A DNA stretch of 64,000 nucleotides, taken from positions 1 through 64,000 of the forward strand of contig NW_026867842.1 of the NCBI RefSeq assembly GCF_020745735.1. The letters run 5' to 3'. This DNA is from Hemiscyllium ocellatum. Lineage: Eukaryota. The position numbers and the translations under genes are program-made. Of this stretch, positions 34,670-45,296 are shown piece by piece (positions within the stretch are counted from its first letter, which is position 1; each line of letters begins with the position of its first letter). The notes beneath the pieces are model-generated. The model was not told where the DNA came from, searched no databases, and saw only the letters and a list, made by a program, of their open reading frames with translations.

Positions 34670-35265
34670 AACGAAAATGTGTTGCTGGTTAAAGTGCAGC
34701 AGGTCAGGTAGCATCCAAGGAACAGGAAATTCGACGTTTCGGGCACAAGCCCTTCATCAGGAATGAGGAAAGTGTGTCCAGCAGGCTAAGATAAAAGGTA
34801 GGGAGGAGGGACTTGGGGAGGGGCGATGGAGATGTGATAGGTGGAAGGAGGTCACCGTGAGGGTGATAGGCTGGAGTGGGGTGGGGGCGGAGAGGTCAGG
34901 AAGAAAATTGCAGGTTAGGAGGGCGGTGCTGAATTCGAGGGAATCGACTGAGACAAGGTGGGGGGAGGGGAAATGAGGAACTGGAGAAATCTGAGTTCAT
35001 CCCTTGTGGTTGGAGGGTTCCCAGGCAGAAGATGAGGCGCTCTTCCTCCAACCGTCGTGTTGTTATGTTCTGGCGATGGAGGAGTCCAAGGACCTGCATG
35101 TCCTCGGTGGAGTGGGAGGGAGAGTTAAAGTGTTGAGCCACAGGGTGGTTGGGTTGGTTGGTCCGGGCGTCCCAGAGGTGTTCCCTGAAGCGTTCCACAA
35201 GTAGGCGGCCAGTCTCCCCAATATAGAAGAGGCCACATCGGGTGCAGCGGATGCAATAGATGATG
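34670..35265 (-). mobile_element. Penelope-like element 3' part (GIY-YIG and pLTR)
   Basis: ERFREHLWDARTNQPNHPVAQHFNSPSHS..RRLEEERLIFCLGTLQPQGMN. Confidence 0.88.
34729..34764 (-). ncRNA. Minimal type I hammerhead ribozyme motif in a Penelope pLTR
   Basis: Minus-strand RNA AUUC-CUGAUGA-A-GGGC-UUGU-GCCC-GAAA-C-GUC-GAAU: full core, 4-bp stem I, 4-bp stem II and palindromic ACGU stem III. Confidence 0.75.
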
Positions 35266-35559
35266 TTTGTGGAGGTGCAGGTGAATTGTCCCCATCCCCT
35301 GTATCTTGCTACCCCATTCTATATATCCTCCATCTTGCCAAATCACATTATAATTACCCTTCCTCCATCTATAACTGTTGCCCTGTGGCATGTGCCTATC
35401 CTTTCCATCACTAAACTAAATGGAACCGAATTCTGGTCACTCTCACCAAAGTGTCTTCCTACCACTAAATCAAACACCAGGCCTGGTTCATTAACAAGCA
35501 CCAGATCCAGTGTGGCCTCTCTTCTTCTCGGCCCTTCGACATACTGTGTCAGGAAACCC

Positions 35560-36560
35560 TCCTGTATGCATGGGACAGAAACTGATCCATCTGATGTATT
35601 AGAATTCTAGCATTTCCAGTCAATGTTGGGGAAGTTAAAGTCCCCCATAATGAGGACCCTGTTCCTTTCCCTCTTACCCAGAATCGTTTTGCCGATTCTC
35701 TCCTCCACATCCCTGGAACTCTGTGAAGGCCTGTAAAGAACTCCCAACAGTGTGCCTTCTCATCCTGTTTCTTACCTCAGCCCATACCACCTCAGTAGAT
35801 GAGTCCTTGTCAAAAATTCTTTCAGCCACCGTTATACCATCCTTCACTAATAAGGTCACACCTTCCCCTCTTTTACTTTTTTTCCCTGTTCTTAATGAAA
35901 GATCTAAATCCTGGAACCTGCAACATCCATTCCTGACTCTGCTCTAACCATGTCTCCGAAATGGCCACAACCTTGAGTCCCAAGTACCTATCCATGCTGC
36001 AACCTCACCTACCTTATTTCGGATACTTCTAGCGTTGAAGTAGACACACTTAAAATCATTTCGCTGTCTGCCAGCACATTCCTGTGACCGTGAAATCCTG
36101 TCCATACCCTCCCTACTCTCATCTTCCTGTGCACTGGAGTGACACCTCAGGTTCCCATCCTCCTGCTGTGGCAGTTTAAACCCACCAGAATAGTACCAGC
36201 AAATTTCCCACCCAAGATATTAGTACCCTTCTGGTTCAAGTGAAGACCATCCTGTTTGTAGAGGTCCTACCTTCCCCAGAATGAGCCCCAATTATTCATA
36301 CACCTGAAACCCTCTCTTGCACCATCCCTGCATCCACACGTTCAGCTGATCGCTCTCCCTATTCCTTGCCTTGCTATAGCGTGGCACAGATAACAAACCA
36401 GAGATAACAACTCTTTTTTATAGCTCTCAGCGTCTACCCTAGCTCCCTGAAATCATGCCTTACATCCCTATCCCGACCTATGTCGTTGGATCACAACTTG
36501 ATTCTGGTCACCCTCTCCCTTCAGGACCCCAAAGACAAGATCCAAGACATCATAGACCCT
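35560..36560 (-). mobile_element. CR1 endonuclease/ORF1 region fragment
   Basis: LLVKDGITVAERIFDKDSSTEVVWAEVRNR on the minus strand. Confidence 0.7.
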
Positions 36561-36569
36561 GGCACCTGG

Positions 36570-36960
36570 AGGAGAAAGTGAGGACTGCATATGCTGGAGA
36601 TCAGAGCTGAAAATGTGTTGCTGGAAAAGTGCAGCAGGTCAGGCAGCATCCAAGGAGCAGGAGAATCGATGTTTCGGGCATGAGCCCTTCTTCAGGAATG
36701 AGGAAAGTGTGCCCAGCAAGCTAAGATAAAGGTAGGGAGGAGGGACTTGGGGAGGGGCGTTGGAAATGCGATAGGTGGAAGGAGGTTAAGGTGAGGGTGA
36801 TAGGCGAGGGTGGGGGTGGGGGCGGAGAGGTCAGGAAGAAGTTTGCAGGTTAGGAAGGTGGTGCTGTGTTCGAGGGTTGGGACTGAGACAAAGTGGGGGG
36901 AGATGAAATGAGGAAACTGGAGAATCTGAGTTCATCCCTTGTTGGTTGGAGGTTTCCTAA
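36570..36960 (-). mobile_element. Penelope pLTR/3' fragment with a decayed hammerhead (36664-36699)
   Basis: Same pLTR sequence as at 34670-34900 and 25949-26081. Confidence 0.8.
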
Positions 36961-39900
36961 GCAGTAATTAGACCAGCTACACTTTCCTACAAATCATTTA
37001 TGCAGACCATTAACAGCAGAGTTCCCACCACTGAACCCTGTAAAACACCACTAGACCTCCATTCTGAAAACACTTCTTCCACCACTGCCCTCTGTCTCCT
37101 CTGACTCAGCCAGTTCTGTATCCAATGCTGGGAACATTGTAGACAAGACACCTTGTTGCCAGATCCTTACTGCAACTTGATACAGTTCATTCAGAAAGAG
37201 AAAAAGGACAATGTGCAGATTGTCGAACAGGCCCCTACACCTGGGCCTGAGGCAGGAGCCCAAGCTCCAACACACTGGCCTCACTTCACACCAACCTTCA
37301 CACAGTGCGGGGTCATGAACTCCGGCCATCAATTCCTCTGGGACCGGGACGGAGTGAGGGAACAGGGACAATTGTAGAAGAGTCAATAAGGAGTAAAGCA
37401 AGATGGAGAGGGTGTGTTGGAAAGGGGTTAGAGGAGGAAATATACTTTGTCCCTCTCAATACTGACATTGTCTACGTGTATCACAGAATGAACAAAACAG
37501 CACACTGTGAAGATAATCATATCACAGGAGACATTTTCATTGGGCTGTGATAAGTATCCTAGTTCAAAAGCTGTTTTTCCTCCCTCCCCCTGAAGAGGAG
37601 AGAGGCATGGGAAAAGAGAACTGACAATTCAAAATAAAAGCTCTTCACATATTGCCATCATTTAATATATTAATGTGAGAGGATTAGAGACCCTTAACAG
37701 CGAGAGTGTGGTGGCTCAGAGGATAAAAGGCAGACAGCAAAGAGCAGCATTATTCCTTCTCAGGGTGTTAATGTCATTGACAAGCCTCATATTTATTGCC
37801 CATCTCCAGCAGTTCGGACTGAGTTCTTTGCTGAGCCAGATCATGGGGCCATTTAGAATGAATCATGACACTGTGGGACTGGAGTCACAGTCTGGGTGAT
37901 GACTGGATTCCCTTGCCTAAAGAACATACATAAAATGACATTGAGTTTCACGGATTTTGTTTGGACACTTCCCAGATATTAAATTGCTCACCACCGCCCT
38001 CTCCAGGACAATTAGGGAAGGGCAACCGATAGCAGACACATCAACGCTTTCCCCATCCCAGGAGAAATCAAAATAAATGAGGGACAATTCAAATGATTAA
38101 CCTGGGGGAGGCTTGAATTATTCTCTTTGAAAGACTGGAGCCTGCTTTTTCAGATTACAAGGTAGAGTGCACTGGGATCAGGCACAATATGAATTGCAAA
38201 TGTCTAACAAACGGGGACAAAGACAATGTCACTAAACTGCAAAAAACCCCCCAGTTTATTAGGAAGAACGCAAGAGACGAAAGCCATTAGTGGGTGTCAG
38301 ACTGTAATGCAGATGTTGTTGAATATACCAGAAATACAATTAAAGCGAGTGGGATAGAGCAGGGCAATGGGATTAATTGCGTTTCTCTACTGGGAGTTGG
38401 TAAGAAGCTTTCCTGCTTGTAATGACTCAGAACAATATATTGTAAACAATGTACTGCAGCGGGTAAGAAAGGATGGCCAGTGACATAAATGCTTAAAATT
38501 GGGAAAATTTTCAGAATAAGACATGGGAAATTCCACTGGGATTTTGGAATGAATATTGAGAGTGAGGAGATGGAGGGGAGAGTGGCCAGGACAGCTGTAC
38601 TGAAGAATGGTTAGGTCACATCTGGAATATGGTGGACAGTTAGGGGCTTCTATGAGGTGCAATGCAGAATGGTCCAGGGATAGGGGATCTAGGTTACAAG
38701 GAAACACCAGAACAGGATCTCGAGGAGGGAGGGAGGGAATTCTGATATTCAAAATTCCTTAATGAAATCAACACAGTAAATGTAGATTTTCTGTCAATGA
38801 TGGCAAACTGAAAGGCAAAATGACACACTCTGTGGTCAAACACCAGGTACAGGAAGGAGATCAGGACAAATATTTTGATGCAGAGATTGGAATTTAGTGA
38901 GTGCTGATAAACTGAGTCCTCCATTCAAAATGGGACAGAATTACTCCTTGGAATTTGAACAGGTCTGAAGCAAAAGAGTAAATTACGGTCAAATAGTTAT
39001 TTGAGAATATTGTGGAAGCTTTTCCTTTTTCCCTCATCAGGGCAATTGCAAAAATCCAATCGAAAGAAAATAACATTTATATTGAATGAGAGGAAAGTGC
39101 TGACAGACTGAGGTGTTGTCACTATGAACACACCAGTTTAAATATTGTTTCCCTTTGCTGTGACATTTCTTGTAAATTGTCCTGATGCATGGAAGACAAA
39201 AAGCTTCAACAAAATGTTTTGTTTTTCAGCAACACTCAAATTAGAATCAGTTTGGAGAGAAAGTTAACCATGAAAATTGATCTGAATTCAGCAGAGACCA
39301 TCTTAAGTTCACCTTGAACTTAATACAGCAATTATCAGGTGAAATTTAATCACGGAGTTGATCCACTCCATCTTCCACCAGTTTGATCATTTGAATTCTG
39401 CATCCTTTATTTTGATTTCTCTTGGGATGGGGAATGTATTGACCTGTCAGCTATTTATTACCCTTCTCCAATTGCCCAGGAGATGGCAGTGGTGAGCCAT
39501 GAGTTTCTCGAAGAGGATCTGACAGTGGGACAAGATCATGTGCTGGGCCTGAGTATAGCCAACTCTCAGGAGAATGAGCTGTGGCACAAGGGAAACCTGG
39601 GAGTGATGGAAAGGCAGAGGCAGCCTGACTAGGCTGCGATGGGGCAGCACCAATTTCGATGAATTAGCTGATATCCTTCCGAGCTGAGATGCAGACTCAG
39701 GCTTTCAGGGCAGCACAGTTTTTATTTTTTGTTTCTTTTCTATAACCCCACACAGCTGCCTAACAATGGTGGTGCATAATTTTTCCCCAGCACCCACATT
39801 GTATGTGTGCAAGTGTGAGACACAGTGAAAAATGACAAGTGCAGAAGTCTTTATTCATTTTCCACCTCCAGGAAGAAAGGAAATACCTGAGTGGCCAGTG

Positions 39901-40676
39901 ACAAGCAGTGTCCTTCACAGCAAAGGCCAATGCTACGTGATCAAACAGTGAAGGGGAGGGCAGGGAGTGAATCAAATAGAGTCGGGGGGGAAATAAAACA
40001 CTCCACACTCCACAGTGCCCACCTCTTGGCTGCACAGCTTACACTGTTCCTGACCATAGCTCCATGATTGATGAGATCTCCCCCAGGAGAACATCCACAG
40101 AAAGCTGACTCCTGTGTGTCTGATATCTCTGTGTGTCTCTCAGACGTGACAGAGCAGACAGCAAGAGTTTCAGCAGCAACAAAGGTGTTACTCTAGTGCC
40201 CCTCCCACTTTCACCCATCAACTTACAAACTCCTTCCGGGGAAAGGGCTCAGCACCGGCTATCGCCTGCTTCACATCCCACCTCAACAAAATGGATCCCA
40301 TTGCCCCCGCCCCAATCACCTGCTCTCCATCTCTCTCCTGAAGGCACGATCCCTGGCTGGGAAACATCTCAAATAGCTCATTCCTCCAAGTGTGGGCTGG
40401 GATTGGGAAGCAAGGCAGGCTATTGGACCGAGAGGTGTGAGCCTGGTCTCAGTGGGGAGCACTGTCCCCTCACACTTACAATGTTGCAGAATGGGTGGAT
40501 GAGCCATTGGGAAATGCAGGGTTACAGGGATAGTGCATTGGTTTGGATCTGGGTGGGATGCTCTTCGGAGGATTGGTGTGAGCGTATTGGGGTGAATGGC
40601 CTGCTTCGACATTGTACAGATTCCATCATTACATGATTCTATCACTGAAGCAAATTATTCAGGCTGAGAGTGCCCC

Positions 40677-40907
40677 ACTGAGGGAGTGCAGCACTGTCAG
40701 AAGGACAATACTGAGGGAATGCCACACTATTGGAGGGTCAGTACTGATGGAGTGTTGCACTAATGATGGGTCAGTACTGAGGGAGTGCTGCACTGTCAGA
40801 GGGTGAGTACTGAAGGAGTGCTGCACTGTCAGAAAGTCAGTACTGAGACAGTGCCACACTGTCAGAGGGTTCTTACTGAGGGAATGCCGCTCTGTCAGAA
40901 AGTCAGT
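40677..40907. repeat. 33-bp tandem repeat, 7 units
   Basis: Unit about CAGTACTGAGGGAGTGCTGCACTGTCAGAGGGT; ACTGA at 40677, 40710, 40743, 40776, 40809, 40842 and 40875. Confidence 0.92.
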
Positions 40908-41070
40908 CTCTCCTCCATGTTGAAGAGCACTTAGCGGAAGCTCTGAGGGTGGTGAGGGCACAGAATGTACTCTGGGTGGGGGACTTGAATGTTCACAATC
41001 AAAAAGGAATTTAAAAATACATCGGGTTTGTTAGGTATCCGATACAAATATTCAAACTGATACTTCTGCC

Positions 41071-41355
41071 AGTCCAACTCTCACTTCTCCTGTGCCCTCA
41101 CCCACGTGATCCTCCTCTCTCCCCTCAGCAAGAGCATCAGGAGATCAGAATGTGTGTAGAGTGTTTGAGACAGTCCACAGAGGAGACGCAACTTTAAATA
41201 GAACAGGGCTGAGCTGGCAGGACAAAGGTCATTGTCAGCACTGAATTTCAATTCTCTTCCTTCTCAGGACTGGCTCAGAGACACTTCTGAGGTTTGGTTG
41301 TTAAAGCAGGTCATTGGGATAGCAGCAAGAGAGCTTTACACTGTGTCAAACCTCA
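41071..41355 (+). pseudogene. IGKC: 5'-truncated Ig light-chain C relic (last 28 codons, stop at 41157-41159, and about 200 nt of 3' UTR)
   Basis: SNSHFSCALTHVILLSPLSKSIRRSECV* versus SDARFSCALTHVTLPSPLSKSIRRSECV* of the intact exon; the UTR aligns to 20465-20655; no splice acceptor or 5' two-thirds of the exon. Confidence 0.92.
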
Positions 41356-44300
41356 TCCTTCCTCCTTTGTGTTTTAACCCTGAGCTCTCGATGTTGCTGG
41401 GAAATTTGAGAAGCAGATTTACTCACTTGCTCATTCACTCCCTTCTCAGCCTCTCTTTATCTCCTGAAACTCCACACAACACCAATCTGCTGGGTCAGGA
41501 GCAAGGCTCTCAGCTCAATGAATAAAGGAACCTTTTCTAGCACCAAGCTGGTGACAGTCAGCTGGAGAATAATGTTCCATTGCACATGCCTTCTTCAAAA
41601 ACCAAGGTGCCCAGCTACTTTGTACATCCACGTTCACTCCTGAAGGGATCAGGCAGACAGGAAGAGTCGGCGCAGCCATTGTGCAGCATCCAGTGTCGAG
41701 TTGTCCCATTTCCAAATCCATTGTAATATCATTGTCTACCCAACACCAAGCAGATGCTCCCATCACAAGAGGCTCCATGGCTCTGAGACTGTGGGAGTGA
41801 GCCCTGTCCATTCAGCTCGATCATCAAGCTCTAGCCTTCCTGATGTGGTGGCAGCCAGGAGAACTCTGCCCATGGGAGATTCCACACACACTCCCTCCCT
41901 CCCTGCAGGGAAAGATGATTCCATGGCCCTGCTTTCTCTCCAAACTGATCTGAATTTGAGTGTTGCTGAAAAAAGGCACATTTTGTCAAAGATTCTGTCT
42001 TGCACACATCAGGACAATTTGCAAGAAATAGCACAGCAAAGGCAAATACCATGTAGACTGAAGATCCCAGCGGGTCATGCGGCATCCATGGAGAGAAAGC
42101 AAGGCAAAATGAAATGTTTTCACGATAAGGGTTTTGTCTCACTCAAATTCTGTATTCTGAACTGACTATTTGATCCTGATTTCCTCTTTTGCTTCAGACC
42201 TGTTGAAATTCTAAAAAGTATTTCTGTACTTTTTTGAACAGAGCACTCAGTTTATAATCATAAATTCAAATAACTGCATCAAAATATTTTTCCTGATCTC
42301 CTTTCTGTACCTGGTATATGACTGGAGAATGTGTCATTTTGCCTTTCAGTTTGTCAGCGCTGATGGTAAATCTACATTTACTGTGTTTCTTTGTTTATGA
42401 ATTTTTGAACATCAGAATACCCTCCCTCCACTGTCGAGATCCTGTTCTAGCCTTCATACAATTATAGAATCGAGGAATTCTTTCCGTGTGGAAGGAGGCC
42501 AATCAAGTACACATCGACACTTTGAAGACCATTCCACCCAGACCCACACATCCCCTACCCTATCCCTGTAACCCTGCATTTTCCATTTGCTAACCTGCAC
42601 ATCCCATGGACATAATGAGTAATTTAGCACAGCCAACCACCTAACCTGCACATCTTCTCTCAGTTTTGCAAACGAAATATCAGGTTTGATGTTTACGCTT
42701 TGACCCAGATTTAATACAGTTGGAAACATGACTCCAGGCACATTTAATCACTCCAGTAGCCGATTTCAATATCCCCAATGGCAGCTAAAATTTCTCCCAA
42801 TGAATATCAGGACAGAAGTAGTGAACTGGAATTCTCAGCCACCATCAGACGATATCAACTAGACTGAGGAACCAATTGACCCCTAAATTCCTGAATCTAT
42901 CCTGATTTAATGGCAGCTCAGGGATTAAATCAGCTTGGCTTTCCCACAATGTGTCCAATCAAGGGACCGAGCTTCAGATGATGTCCTCATGTTAAACTGC
43001 CACCTCTCCGATGACCCACACCTGCCTTTAGTTGCATTTAGTCTGGGCTTCCATAATAAGCCAAGGTCTCCAGTGAGAGCCTTGTCTCCAACAAGCATTG
43101 CTCTGCTCGCTTCCAACTGCGGACCTCCCCAGGAGCCAAAAGGAACTTCCCAGCAGTTCTGTCACTGATGGATGAGATAGTTGTTGACCCACCTTAGAGT
43201 GAACTGAAGCCAAACCTTTCTGACTCAATGGAAGGAGTTCTATAAACTTAGCCAAGGCTGAAACTTCTTTTAAAGAAATCATAAAATCTGTCAATAATTA
43301 GCACTGCCTTTGAGTGAGGTCAGAGTTTTGAGGTTTTAACGTGTTCTTTTGGAATGCAATGAAGCGTTACCATGGAGAATGTTGCTGCTGGACAAGAACA
43401 GCCAACTCTACCCAAAAAGTCACCGCAATAATTAATCCATCACCATCCAGTCGAATGCTTTCTAGCATTACTTTCCCTTTATTATTCCTCTTTTTCAGGT
43501 TATTAACATCTTTTAAAATAGTACACACATGGGAACACTGCCAGCTGTAAGATTTTCCCCAAACCTGACTTAGAAATATATCCCTGTTCCTTCACTGTCA
43601 CTGGGTTAAAATCAGGGGATTCTCTCCCTCAGGGCATTCTGGGTCTACCTACAGCACATGGCTGCAGCGGGTTCAGGAAGGCAGCAGTTCACCATGCTGC
43701 AATGTTGTTTATGATATAAACGACCCTTCAAGTTTTATCGTTCTCAGAGGCGTTACAACCGAGAAAACCCCTTCCATCTCTCAGCAGAGATTTCAATTAT
43801 TCCCATTTCCCTGCTTCTCTTAATGAGTGACTGTGTTTTTGGTGTATTCAACAAGATCTGACACTTGCCTGCCTAATGCTCTTACACCCACTGATACCTG
43901 TTGAGTTCCCTTGGATAAATTACTGTTCTCTGCAGTTTGATAGCCGTTTGTTCGGTCTTTGAGTGTAATTCATTTTGTGCCTGATCCCAGTGTCAATCCG
44001 AAGGACACTCCACCTTTCAGTCTGACAAACCAGGGTCACCCGTGTCATGGCCCTACTTTTAGCCTAGCCTACAGTCTCTCAAAGAGATGAATTCAAGCCT
44101 CACCAGTTTGATGATTTGAAGTATATCTCATTTATTTTGATTTCTCCTGGGATGGGCGGGCACAAAAGTGGCTGCTATTCGTTGCCCTTTCCGAATGGTC
44201 CTGGAGAGGACGGTGGTGAGCCATATAATATCTGGGAAGGAAGGTGCTGGGATCTGAACAAAAAAAAAACCATGAAACTCAATGTCATGTTCATGAATGT

Positions 44301-45277
44301 AGTTTGGACAACGGAACCCAGTCATCACCCGGTCTGTGACTCCAGTCCCACACAGTGACGTGATTCATTCTTAACGGCCCCATGATCTGGCTCAGAACTC
44401 AGTCCGAGCAACTAGAGATGGGCAATACATTTTAGGTTTGATTTAAAATAGTTTATAAAATTGCTTATTTTTAAAAAAATACTTAAAATAGTTAAATAAA
44501 TGTTAACCTGAGTGCACAAGGCATAATTTCAAAATTTGCTGATGGTATGAAACTTGGATGTATTACAGCTGCTGAAGAAGATAGCTTCGAACTTCGAAGA
44601 GCATGTTGGTAAGTTAATGGAATGAGCAGATGGCTGTAGAAACAATTTAATGGAAAGAGATGTCACTGAATCATTTTGGAAGGAAAACTTGGAGAGACCA
44701 ACAAACTAAAGGGTACAAGTATGGGTGGGTGGAGGGGCAGTATGACCTGGATGCAATTGTGCATCAGTCACTGAAGGTGGCAGGATAGGCAGCTGTTCTC
44801 ATGAGAGAGCAGCTGATTATAGCAGATGCCATATCAATGGCGTGAATATGAAAAGAATGCTTCCTTTACAGGGAGAATATAAAACTAAAATAAGTTCCCT
44901 CATTTAAGACCGAGAAAAGCAGGGGTTTCTTCTTCTAGCATAAGGTCATAGGTCTTTGGAACTCTTTTTCAAACATAGAAATGAAACCTCTGAATGCTTG
45001 TAGTGAAGAAGTAGATAGCCATTGCTTATCAAGAATCTATCAGAGTAAGGCAAGAATGTTGAATAATCAGGTCAGCCATGGGGAACAGGTTCAAGAGGAT
45101 AAATCTCCTTCATCTGCCCCTAATTCGTTTGATCGTGTGGCCAGTTCCACCGTTGAAAGAACAGCGCCTTGAAAGCTTGTGGTTTTCAATAAAGCAGCTG
45201 AAGTGGCTGCTGGTTTGTGTGGGCGCGAATGGAAGGGGACTTTACCCATAATCCTCAGCAGCCGTGCAAGCGCTCTC

Positions 45278-45296
45278 TCGCCACTAGAGGGCAGCT
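45278..45296 (+). promoter_or_regulatory. CTCF-binding motif
   Basis: TCGCCACTAGAGGGCAGCT closely matches the vertebrate CTCF core CCAC(C/T)AG(A/G)(G/T)GGC(A/G). Confidence 0.7.

Noticed and set aside
41701-42165. 154-aa ORF after the C relic
   Set aside because: No recognisable domain or exon structure and similar-length ORFs on the opposite strand; treated as chance.
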